A stretch of DNA of 64,000 nucleotides, taken from the NCBI RefSeq assembly GCF_947169325.1, contig NZ_CAMVPN010000001.1, positions 16,089 through 80,088 on the forward strand, given 5' to 3'. The notes beneath the pieces are model-generated. The model was not told where the DNA came from. It did no database searches and was given only the letters and a program-made list of their open reading frames with translations. The position numbers were made by a program, and so were the translations under genes. Source of the stretch: an uncultured Methanobrevibacter sp. Its GTDB lineage: Archaea > Methanobacteriota > Methanobacteria > Methanobacteriales > Methanobacteriaceae. This document shows, piece after piece, positions 27,671 through 36,563 of the stretch (position 1 is its first letter; each line of letters starts with the position of its first letter).

Positions 27671-27683
27671 TTACACTTGAAAT
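27671..27683 (+). other. ORB-like 13-mer TTACACTTGAAAT (copy 2)
   Basis: This is the exact repeat of 27079..27091, 592 bp downstream, in the second tandem unit. Confidence 0.4.
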
Positions 27684-28093
27684 GTACCTTTCCGTTATTG
27701 ACATGATTTGAACTTCAAATGATTTTGGCGAAAGTAATGGTTTGGTTTGGAGCGATTATTTGAAAATTTTATTTTTCATGAGGAAATCTTTTTTTGTATT
27801 TTGGGGTTTCATCTAATTAGAGATATTATTTTTTCTTGTCTCTAAATGTTTCCTCATTCATTTTTCGCAATCTCTCGGCATGATCCTTTTGTAGATTTTT
27901 TTTTAGTTCTATAGCTTTTTTCCTTGGCATGAACAACATTGTACCGCCTTCTTAAAATTATATATTTTTTAATATTTAATTTTTTCACTATTCCTTTTTA
28001 TCCATTTAAAATTATTTGATTTTGTTATTTGTCTAACATCAGTTTCAATACTAACTGTTTCTAATTCAGAGGATATTTTTTGTTTTAATCCAG

Positions 28094-28465
28094 TTAGTTT
28101 AATAGATGTTCTGCTAAATCACAAAAAATCATATTTGACAAATATTCAATGGATTCAGATGTATAAATTAGGGTGTCTTTTTTGTATTTTTCAATAGAAT
28201 TATTAATAGATTTGCATTGGTTTGTGATTAAAGGTTTGGAAATGTATATTATTTTTTCTATGTGTTCTGATGTGAAGTTATTCTTTTTTAGTTGTTTTTC
28301 TAATTTGTTAATGAATTGTTGGTGTGATTCTTCAATGAATCCTTTAACATTTCCTTCAAAATCTTCATTAACGCCTGTTAAAAAGGAATATGCCTCTTTT
28401 TTAATTGCAAATACTTTAATGAATGGATCTTCCCAATCCACTCTTGAGTCTACTTCTTCATACAC
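28094..28465 (-). CDS. hypothetical protein
   Basis: A 123-aa AT-rich ORF with no recognisable motif. It is transcribed divergently from the surface-protein gene at 28786. Confidence 0.4.
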   Translation of the reverse strand: MYEEVDSRVDWEDPFIKVFAIKKEAYSFLTGVNEDFEGNVKGFIEESHQQFINKLEKQLKKNNFTSEHIEKIIYISKPLITNQCKSINNSIEKYKKDTLIYTSESIEYLSNMIFCDLAEHLLN

Positions 28466-28716
28466 TAATTTCCCATTGTCATTGCATCAATATTTACTTT
28501 TTCATGTAATTTCAACTCGCAAGCAATTTCAAAAGTTATTCCGCGCAGATAATTTTCCAATAATCCAAAATATTGTAACTTTTTTTTAACACTAATTAAC
28601 AATCATTCTATTTTTTTTACTAAATTGTTAAATATTTTATATCAAATATTATAATTTCTTTTAAAATATTTACATTGTTTAAAAAATATGCTGATTTCAT
28701 TCGATTTAAATCATAA

Positions 28717-28728
28717 TTTATATATAAA
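28717..28728 (+). promoter_or_regulatory. TATA-box-like element TTTATATATAAA
   Basis: It lies 58-69 nt upstream of the ATG at 28786, in an AT-rich intergenic region. Confidence 0.3.
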
Positions 28729-28785
28729 ATAGCAATCTAAAATAAAAGTATATTCAATGGAATATATTTTTTATAGGGTTTTATT

Positions 28786-31700
28786 ATGAATTACAGAAAG
28801 ATAATGCTGGCAACGTTGCTGTTGCTAGCGGTTTTAACAATTGGGGCTGTCAGCGCAGCAGGTGATGTTGACGTTGTGGCAGCTGATGACGACGCTGGAG
28901 ATGTTATCGAATCTCCAGTTGATGAAGAGGTCGTCGCCGACGGCATCGAAGAGGATGTTATGGGCGACGTGCCTGAAGAGAAATACAATGTGACTATGGA
29001 GGTCACAGTGTATGACGAAGTATGTTATGATGAAAATGTCCAATTTTGGATTTCCGTTAATGGCGAAGGTCCTGGTGAGGAATTCGACGTTGGCGGTGAG
29101 ATTGAGGTTTATTCAAACGGCGAGCAGATCGATACTTTGGACGTCGAATATCCTAACTTCTATTATTTCTTCAACCGCTTCGGAGAACATGACTTCAGGG
29201 CGGTGTATACCGGAAGCGAACTGTTCAATCCGGCTGAAATCACCTTCAAATATAATATAACAAACTCCATGTATCGCATTTCAACAAACTATGAAGTCGA
29301 GTATGGAAGTCGCTATTTCTATGTTTATAGTCCGGTATTGAATCAAAGCGATATTGTAATTACCATAAACGGCAAAAAATTCAATGTAATTAGCGATGAG
29401 GAAATGGGAGAATATTACTGCAATGCATCAGAATTGAATTTCGGATTGAATACAGTACACATCTATTATCCGGGCGATAGGAAATTCGGTGAATATTCTG
29501 CCGATGCTAATATCACAGTGAAAGCGCCTATCAAATCTGAAGGAAGCGGCATCTGGGGAGAACCTTACAAGTATTATGTCAATCTGCCTAAGGATGCAAC
29601 AGGTACTTTGAGTGTCTATGAAATTGATTATAATGGGGAAGACGGTGAAGTTTACAATCTACTTGGCAGCGGCGAAGCAAAAGACGGTGTCGCCACTGTT
29701 GTATTGAACGATTTGAAAGTGGGCGTAAACCAGCTTTTCGTTTCCTTCAACGGCTCCTATGAGGTTCAGGAAGAGTATTATTCCATGTATATCTCTCCTC
29801 TAGTCAATCTTCCAAAATCAATGATTGCCGGCAGTGAGGAATATATTACAGTATCTGTCTCTGAAAATGCAAATGGTCTTGCAGAAGCATTTTACCTGCT
29901 TAGTCAGGACTATGAGTTTGAGGGGGATTATGTGGTTTTCGCTACTGCAGAAGTTGTAAACGGTCAGGCTAAAATCCCATTGTCCAGTTTAAACAAAGGC
30001 GAATATTCAATTGTGGTGAATTATTACTATGATAAGGTGAATAAGGATGATTTTGACAGAACCTGGCACACCATGTATGTGGTCGACAAATATGACATCA
30101 ACGTTAACATAACATATGTTACAGAAAAAGCAATAAAGGACAATCCAAGCAATTATGTCGAATTCACCATAGCAAGATATGCCGACGGTAATCTCACATT
30201 GTATGTGGATGGAAAAGCGGTGGAAACCACCCAAACAGAGGGTTATGACTTTACAAGATACTTCTACCTCAACACCACAGGACTCGCCCTGGGTGAACAC
30301 TCACTTTCAGTTAACTTCACAAGCGAATATCAGGGAATGTCCTCAGATTCAGCAAAATTCAATGTGGTTTCAGGAGCAATCTACATTCCGGACAGGATGG
30401 TTCTAAACAACAGGACCCACGTCTCAGCAAACGACATAGAAGTTCGCGTAAATGATGATGCCAAAGGAACAGTCACAATCCTGGTTGACGGCAAGACATA
30501 TCTCACAGAAAAGATTGACGCTGGTGCTACCGAACAGACCCAGTACGTATATTCATTGGCTGAAATTTCCCGTGAAATGCACAACGTGACTGTAATCTAT
30601 GACGATGACAGATACGGAATCGCCACACAAAGCAAGGAGGTCTTTTTCGGATATGCAATTTCAATGGAAGGAAATTACCTCTATGGTGAAGACAACATCA
30701 TCGAAGTCTATGTGCCAAGCGATTTGGGAAACGGCGAGTTGACAATAACTGTTGACGGAAAGATAATGGACTTTGTGAGAAACTCATCAAAATTCACAGT
30801 CAATCCGTCCAGGCTCTCAATTGGAAACCACACAGTCGTGGCCAAATACTCAGGTGACGATTTCTATCCTGCCGATGAATTCAAATATGTCCTTGAAGTT
30901 TACCCTGAAATTCAGCTGGTATCAAATAATATGCTTGTTGGAGATGATAATGGAACCTATCTGATGTTGCCTGATGATGCAAAAGGCAAGTTCAATGTAA
31001 AGGTCATAAAGGAAACAGAAGATGAGGAAGGATTTATGGTGAATGTCGTAGTAGACAGCAAACTCGTTTCATTTGAAAACGGCAAGGCATATTACTCATT
31101 CGCCAATTTAAGTATTGGGGAATATAATTTCGAGGCTTCATACACCGGTGATGATTATGACGTTGAGGAAGTATCAACCTATATTTGGATTGACTGTGTA
31201 GACTGGGGCAGATATTACACAAACCTTGGTGATAACAAGACAATATCCTTCGTTTCAGCTGAAAAGGGACCTGGTCAATTGAGAATTGTTCTTTCAATAA
31301 TCACAGATGATGATAGTGAGTTTGAAAATGTATACAAAACTGTCGTTGTTCCAATCGTTGACGGCAGGGCCAGCTATTCATTCACAAGTCTGCCGGCCGG
31401 CTACTATCATGTCTTTGCAACCGAAGAAACTCTCGACGGAGAAGCTAAAGATTTCCAAAGAGGGGCCTATTTCCGTGTTCAGTATCCATATGGTCAATCC
31501 AGCATTGAAAACTCAGAGATCGGCAAGATTGAACCTGTCAGCATAGAATTACCTTCCGATGCCAATGGAAAAGCCACAGTGACAGTATATGCAAACTACT
31601 CAAAAGGCGAACCTGACGCAATCAAGACATTCGAAGTCACAGTCGACGGCACAATATCATTTGACTTAAACGAAATAATTGCAGAACCTGGCTTCTACGG

Positions 31701-33084
31701 ATACAGCGTTATCTACAATGGAAACTACGGTGAATTCGAAAGATATTTCCAAGGATTCAGAGTCTCCACACTACCTAAGGTTGCAGCTCCTGAAATTGTA
31801 ATCGGCGTTGAGGACAGTGTCGTTGAAGGAAGCGACCTTGAAGTTGAAGTGACAGTTGAAGGCGCAACCGGTACTGTCCGCATAAACGGTGAGGAAAAAC
31901 TTCTAAACAACAGCAAAGCTTCAGCAACCCTCAAAAACGTTAGCGTTGGTGAGTTGCTGATTACAGTCGATTACCTGGGCGATGACAGATACCTGAACTC
32001 AACCAACTCCGCTAAAGTCACAGTATATGCCAAAAAGGACGCTGAATTGACAGCTACTGGTGCAGACATCACTGCCGGTGACGTTGCCATAATCAGCATC
32101 TCCATCAGCAAGAATGCAACAGGCAAAATCACAGTAAACGGTGAGGAAGTAGCAGTAGTCAACGGAGCCGCCAAATACGAAGTAAAAGACCTGACTGCAG
32201 GCAACTACACATATGCAGTCGCATACGAAGGTGATACATACTTCAAGGCGGATGAGAAAACCGCAATGGTTAAGGTTTCAAAAGCCAAAGCAAACATCAA
32301 TGTCACAGTAACCGAAAAGGTAAAGTTCGGCGATGACGTGGTCATAAACATAACCTCTCCGAAATCCGAAGGAAAGATTACACTGACACTCGACAAGGTC
32401 AATTACAAGACTCCTGTTGACAGTGGAGCTGCAAGCGTTTCAATCCCTAACCTTAAGGTTGCAAGCTATGATGCTTTCATATCCTTTGAAGGGGATGCAA
32501 AATACCTGGCTGAAAACAGAACAGTTTCATTTACAGTATTCACTGACCCTGAAATCCAGGCCAAGGACACAAGCGTCCAATACACTGCAAACGCCAAATA
32601 CTCAGTTACAGTGTACGGCACTGACGCAAACCCTGCTCCAAACACTGAAGTCATCTTCAAGATTGCAGGAAAACAGGTCGGAAAAGCAACCACCAACAGC
32701 AATGGTGTTGCAACCTACACTGTCAAAAACGTTCCGGGCACATACAAGATCAGCGCAACAGCTCTTGGAAAAACACAAACCAAAAAGCTGACAGTAAAAC
32801 ACATAGTGACCATCAAGACCACAAAACTTAAAAAATCGGCCAAAAAGCTTACTCTGCAGGCAACATTGGCTAAGGTCAACGGCAAATATCTTGCTAAAAA
32901 ATCAATCACATTCAAAATCAACGGCAAAAAGGTGGCAACTGCAAAAACCAATTCAAGAGGTGTTGCAAAAATCACCATAAAAAACCCTAATGTGGTTAAG
33001 AATGCTAAAGTCGGCAATAAGATGACCTATCAGGCGACATACTTGAAGGACACTGTCAAAAAGACTGCCAAAATCTTAAAATAG
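28786..33084 (+). CDS. giant surface protein with signal peptide, acidic linker, ~12+ Ig-like repeats and a lysine-rich C-terminal module (adhesin-like)
   Basis: The signal peptide is MNYRKIMLATLLLLAVLTIGAVSAAGD. The linker is D/E-rich. Recurrent repeat signatures are LP.DA.G...V.VDG......V.NG.A...L..L..G.H.V...Y.GD..Y. The C-terminus is KLTVKHIVTIKTTKLKKSAKKLTLQATLAKVNGKYLAKKSITFKINGKKVATAKTNSRGVAKITIK...MTYQATYLKDTVKKTAKILK. Confidence 0.9.
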   Translation: MNYRKIMLATLLLLAVLTIGAVSAAGDVDVVAADDDAGDVIESPVDEEVVADGIEEDVMGDVPEEKYNVTMEVTVYDEVCYDENVQFWISVNGEGPGEEFDVGGEIEVYSNGEQIDTLDVEYPNFYYFFNRFGEHDFRAVYTGSELFNPAEITFKYNITNSMYRISTNYEVEYGSRYFYVYSPVLNQSDIVITINGKKFNVISDEEMGEYYCNASELNFGLNTVHIYYPGDRKFGEYSADANITVKAPIKSEGSGIWGEPYKYYVNLPKDATGTLSVYEIDYNGEDGEVYNLLGSGEAKDGVATVVLNDLKVGVNQLFVSFNGSYEVQEEYYSMYISPLVNLPKSMIAGSEEYITVSVSENANGLAEAFYLLSQDYEFEGDYVVFATAEVVNGQAKIPLSSLNKGEYSIVVNYYYDKVNKDDFDRTWHTMYVVDKYDINVNITYVTEKAIKDNPSNYVEFTIARYADGNLTLYVDGKAVETTQTEGYDFTRYFYLNTTGLALGEHSLSVNFTSEYQGMSSDSAKFNVVSGAIYIPDRMVLNNRTHVSANDIEVRVNDDAKGTVTILVDGKTYLTEKIDAGATEQTQYVYSLAEISREMHNVTVIYDDDRYGIATQSKEVFFGYAISMEGNYLYGEDNIIEVYVPSDLGNGELTITVDGKIMDFVRNSSKFTVNPSRLSIGNHTVVAKYSGDDFYPADEFKYVLEVYPEIQLVSNNMLVGDDNGTYLMLPDDAKGKFNVKVIKETEDEEGFMVNVVVDSKLVSFENGKAYYSFANLSIGEYNFEASYTGDDYDVEEVSTYIWIDCVDWGRYYTNLGDNKTISFVSAEKGPGQLRIVLSIITDDDSEFENVYKTVVVPIVDGRASYSFTSLPAGYYHVFATEETLDGEAKDFQRGAYFRVQYPYGQSSIENSEIGKIEPVSIELPSDANGKATVTVYANYSKGEPDAIKTFEVTVDGTISFDLNEIIAEPGFYGYSVIYNGNYGEFERYFQGFRVSTLPKVAAPEIVIGVEDSVVEGSDLEVEVTVEGATGTVRINGEEKLLNNSKASATLKNVSVGELLITVDYLGDDRYLNSTNSAKVTVYAKKDAELTATGADITAGDVAIISISISKNATGKITVNGEEVAVVNGAAKYEVKDLTAGNYTYAVAYEGDTYFKADEKTAMVKVSKAKANINVTVTEKVKFGDDVVINITSPKSEGKITLTLDKVNYKTPVDSGAASVSIPNLKVASYDAFISFEGDAKYLAENRTVSFTVFTDPEIQAKDTSVQYTANAKYSVTVYGTDANPAPNTEVIFKIAGKQVGKATTNSNGVATYTVKNVPGTYKISATALGKTQTKKLTVKHIVTIKTTKLKKSAKKLTLQATLAKVNGKYLAKKSITFKINGKKVATAKTNSRGVAKITIKNPNVVKNAKVGNKMTYQATYLKDTVKKTAKILK

Positions 33085-33113
33085 GGATTCAAATCCCTTT
33101 CCTTTCTTTTTTT
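33084..33113 (+). terminator. hairpin GGGATT-ca-AATCCC followed by a T-run
   Basis: It overlaps the last base of the TAG (33082..33084) and is followed by tttcctttcttttttt. Confidence 0.45.
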
Positions 33114-33188
33114 AAAAAATATTTTTTACATATCATTTTATAAATGTTCAAGCCTATATTATATAATATATAATTAGGGGTTTTGACA

Positions 33189-36100
33189 ATGAAGATTGAT
33201 AAAATCATATTGATTAGTCTATTATTACTGATTTTAACGTTGGGTGCGGTAAGCGCATCGCAAGACACAGCAATTTCAGACAATGTCACATCTGCCGACG
33301 ATGTGGATATCGTGGCGGACGATGACGATGATGGAGAAGAGGATTTTGATGAATACGAGTATGGTACAGGAACCGTAAATCCTAACGTGGAAGTGAACTG
33401 GCCGGATGAAATAAAGGCAGGGGAATTTGCACAAATCACATTCAAGCTGCCTGAAGACATGAAATCCAAAGTGCTTCTTTTCATTAACAATGAAAGGGTG
33501 GACAGCGGTCAGGATGCAAGGGCAAACCTTCCTTACGAGGTCTTTATTGATGAATTCGGAAAGAACACAGTAAAATTCCAGTTCTACGGTGACGACAAAT
33601 ACTCTCCTGTTGCAAAGTCAAAGACATATAATATCAATGATTACTACTTCGACGCCAAAGTCGAAAACGAAAACGTGATCTACGGCCAGGTTGGAACCGC
33701 AAAAATCAGCTTCCCGTTCGGAGCAACCGGAACCATAACAGTAGGAAATGAAAAATATCAGATTAACGACGGGGAATCATCCATCACAGTTCCTTTGAAA
33801 AATCTCCAGCTCGGAACAAACCAGATACCGGTGTCCTGCTCCTGGAGTGACAAATACGGCTCCAAATCCGCAAAGCTCACAGTCAATGTCAAACCGGGAA
33901 TCATATATTCTCCTCAAATGAAGTTCAACAATGCCACATTCATCCTAAGACTGCCGGCCAATGCAGTAGGAAATCTTGAAGTCTCAGTCGACGGTGATGT
34001 CAAGACATCCAAGCTCACAAATGGATTGGCTGAAATCAGTTTAGACGGACTCGCACTTGGAGGCCACGACTTCAAGGCAAGATACACAGGTAATGACTAT
34101 GCATGCGAGAATGCCGAAGGTCACTTTGAAATAACTCCTGAGATAATAGTCAACAGTTTCAAAACCCCTCAGGATGAAAACAGCATTCAAATCAACCTTC
34201 CAAAAGGCGAAACCGGTAAAATGAACGTGAAGATTTCAAGATTCATTGAAGGTGAAGTGTCATTTGTGGCTGATGAAAAAACAAAAAGTGCACAGGTGGA
34301 AGACGGATTTGTAATGCCGCTTTCAACATTCTACTGGGGACATTACAGGTTTGACATCACATACTCTTCAAACAGCGGCTATTTCTATAGCATGTCTGCC
34401 GACGGATATGTCAAGGACATCTTTGAAATGAACATTACCGCTCCCGAAACCGTGCTTTCAAATCAGGCAAACATCCCAATCACAGTCGATTTCCTTACTG
34501 CAGAAGACGGCTTGATGACACTCTATGTTGACGGCGAATTTTATGACGTTCTCGAATGTGAAGATTTAAATTCACTTGAATTCAATATTGAAGACGGATT
34601 CAACACAGGAAACCATAATGTGACCCTAAGCTTTTCTGGAAACAACAGATATTCTCCATTGGAAAAATCAGTGAATTTAGTGGCCACAGATTTGGTGTTC
34701 ACCATTCCTGAGGCAATCGTAATAGGCGAGAATGATGAAATATCAGTCAAATCACTTCCAAGCGTAACAGGAAATCTGGTCGTGTATGTTGACGGCAAGG
34801 AATTTGGTCGTAAAGCAATTAAGAACGGATATGCAAGCGTAAGCATGGCATCACTTCCATTCAAAACTTACACAGTCAAGGTTTCATATGAGAAAGGAAA
34901 TCTCCCGTCAGTTTCAAAGACAGTTGTCATGAATGTTTCATACACATTCAAGCCGGCTGAAGAGACCGCAGCCTATTCAGATGATGAATTATATGTCATT
35001 GACATTCCTGAAGGATTAAGTACAGACAAGCTTGTCGTTAAAGTCGATAATGTCCAATATGAAGTAATCAAAAACGGCACTGAAGTCGGAATCAACGCAT
35101 CAGGCCTTGAAATGGGAAACCATGTAATATCAATATCACACCCTGGCGAAGGCAATTACTATCCTCTTTCAGTTGAAAAGACAATAAGTGTTGCCGGTAA
35201 AATCAACGTGCCTTCAGAAATCAAGATTGGTGAAGACAACCATATTTCACTGGTTCTGCCTAAAGATCCGCAGGGAAGACTGGTTCTCTCAGAATATGAT
35301 GAAAACTACAAGGTATATGCTGCAGTCACCAGTTTCGGATTCGCACCTTATGGCGACAAGTCAATAGCTGAAATTCCGCTCTCATATCTGGGATTCGGAA
35401 ACCACAAGATGAAGATAAGCTACTCAGGTACAGACTATGTTGTCGCTGACGAATACAAGGAAATATCAGTAAATCTTGATTTGAAATTCGATAAATACGT
35501 CCAATACGGCAAAAAGGCAACAGTGACAATAACACTGCCTTATGCTGAAGGTGCAGTTGACGTTTCACTTGACAGCGAATACTCAGATGTTGTGGAATTC
35601 GTAAATGGAGTTGCAACAATTGATTTCGGTAAACTCGGTGTCGGTCAGCATTATTTCGAATTGTCTTATTACGGAAGCTGCGCTTTTGACTATGAAGCTG
35701 AAATTCTCGTTTATCCGGCCATAAGCGTTCCGACATCAACAATCATTGACGGCGACAAGGCAATCACCGTGACTTCAGATGCCAATCCTGTCGGAAGCAT
35801 CATAGTTTACGATGGAGCCAACAAATTGAAATCAGTTGATTTGGATGGTGGAAAACAGTCAATATCACTTGCAGGCCTTTCTGCAGGTACACATAAGCTT
35901 TCAATAGTCTATGACGGATGGGACAGTCTTAAATATACTGCAAACTACACTGTAACCGCCAAAAAGGCATCAATATCTGGAAAGGACATGTCAATGTTTT
36001 ATCTTGACGGATCCAAGTTCAAAGTTCAGGTAAAGGACTATAAGGGCAAAGCGGTCAAAAAAGGTCAGAGCGTCAAGTTTTATGTTGACGGCAAACTTGT

Positions 36101-36500
36101 CACTACTGCCAAAACCGATGCTAAAGGTTATGCCTCTGTCGTATTGACACACGCTCCGGGCAAACATACAGTCAAGGCAGTGTATAAGGCAACCACACTC
36201 ACCAAGAAGGTTACCGTAAAGCAGGTCCTCACACTCAAGAAGGTTACAGTCAAGAAATCAGCAAAAAGCCTGAAATTGACAGCAACCCTCAAGAAGGTAA
36301 AGGGCAAAAGCATAAACAACGTGAAGATCACCTTCAAGTTCGGTAAACATAAATATGTTGTCTTTACAAGCTCAAAAGGAGTTGCAACAGCAACTGTTCA
36401 GGCTAATGTTCTTAAAGCTCTCAAAGTTGGAAATACTGTAAATTATCAGGCCACCTATGAGAAGGCAACCGTAAAACTAAGCGTTAAAGTTGCAAAATAA
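33189..36500 (+). CDS. giant Ig-repeat surface protein (adhesin-like), paralog of 28786..33084
   Basis: The ATG at 33189 follows AGGGG; the track start is TTG 33183. The signal peptide is MKIDKIILISLLLLILTLGAVSASQD. It has the same acidic linker, Ig-like repeat signatures and lysine-rich C-terminal module (VTVKKSAKSLKLTATLKKVKGKSINNVKITFKFGKHKY...VNYQATYEKATVKLSVKVAK). Confidence 0.9.
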   Translation: MKIDKIILISLLLLILTLGAVSASQDTAISDNVTSADDVDIVADDDDDGEEDFDEYEYGTGTVNPNVEVNWPDEIKAGEFAQITFKLPEDMKSKVLLFINNERVDSGQDARANLPYEVFIDEFGKNTVKFQFYGDDKYSPVAKSKTYNINDYYFDAKVENENVIYGQVGTAKISFPFGATGTITVGNEKYQINDGESSITVPLKNLQLGTNQIPVSCSWSDKYGSKSAKLTVNVKPGIIYSPQMKFNNATFILRLPANAVGNLEVSVDGDVKTSKLTNGLAEISLDGLALGGHDFKARYTGNDYACENAEGHFEITPEIIVNSFKTPQDENSIQINLPKGETGKMNVKISRFIEGEVSFVADEKTKSAQVEDGFVMPLSTFYWGHYRFDITYSSNSGYFYSMSADGYVKDIFEMNITAPETVLSNQANIPITVDFLTAEDGLMTLYVDGEFYDVLECEDLNSLEFNIEDGFNTGNHNVTLSFSGNNRYSPLEKSVNLVATDLVFTIPEAIVIGENDEISVKSLPSVTGNLVVYVDGKEFGRKAIKNGYASVSMASLPFKTYTVKVSYEKGNLPSVSKTVVMNVSYTFKPAEETAAYSDDELYVIDIPEGLSTDKLVVKVDNVQYEVIKNGTEVGINASGLEMGNHVISISHPGEGNYYPLSVEKTISVAGKINVPSEIKIGEDNHISLVLPKDPQGRLVLSEYDENYKVYAAVTSFGFAPYGDKSIAEIPLSYLGFGNHKMKISYSGTDYVVADEYKEISVNLDLKFDKYVQYGKKATVTITLPYAEGAVDVSLDSEYSDVVEFVNGVATIDFGKLGVGQHYFELSYYGSCAFDYEAEILVYPAISVPTSTIIDGDKAITVTSDANPVGSIIVYDGANKLKSVDLDGGKQSISLAGLSAGTHKLSIVYDGWDSLKYTANYTVTAKKASISGKDMSMFYLDGSKFKVQVKDYKGKAVKKGQSVKFYVDGKLVTTAKTDAKGYASVVLTHAPGKHTVKAVYKATTLTKKVTVKQVLTLKKVTVKKSAKSLKLTATLKKVKGKSINNVKITFKFGKHKYVVFTSSKGVATATVQANVLKALKVGNTVNYQATYEKATVKLSVKVAK

Positions 36501-36563
36501 TGATTAATTTCATTATTTTTTCTTTTTTTATTATTATATAGTAGTTGTAACATATTTTATAAT

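Larger units (their letters stand above)
26740..27720. repeat. two degenerate tandem copies of a ~592-bp noncoding unit inside a 1.17-kb ORF-free region
   Basis: Anchors at an offset of ~590-592 bp are: ttttccattaatc (26757/27349); ttcagggattctgcc (~26911) versus ttcagggtgttaatgtc (~27501); tatgaaaattttttgcgagtaaatc versus tatggaaaaattttgccagtaaatc; gaatttttcacattttcc versus tgatttttcacatgttttcc; and aaaaatagg...tttacacttgaaat (27059/27650). The track reports no ORF of 60 aa or more between 26658 and 28093. Confidence 0.8.

Noticed and set aside
27826-27930. 34-aa basic minus-strand ORF (MPRKKAIELKKNLQKDHAERLRKMNEETFRDKKK) at the edge of the ORF-free region
   Set aside because: It is too short and too low in complexity to support from sequence alone, and no clear RBS is present. 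It may deserve a look in ribosome-profiling data.
33083-33098. tRNA T-arm-like sequence AGGGA-TTCAAA-TCCCT (with a similar GGGGAATTCAAATTCTCC at 18832..18849), possibly a tRNA gene or tRNA-derived att site
   Set aside because: The upstream sequence is the coding end of an adhesin-like gene, and no acceptor, D or anticodon arms can be drawn. The hairpin followed by a T-run is better explained as a conserved terminator of paralogous genes.
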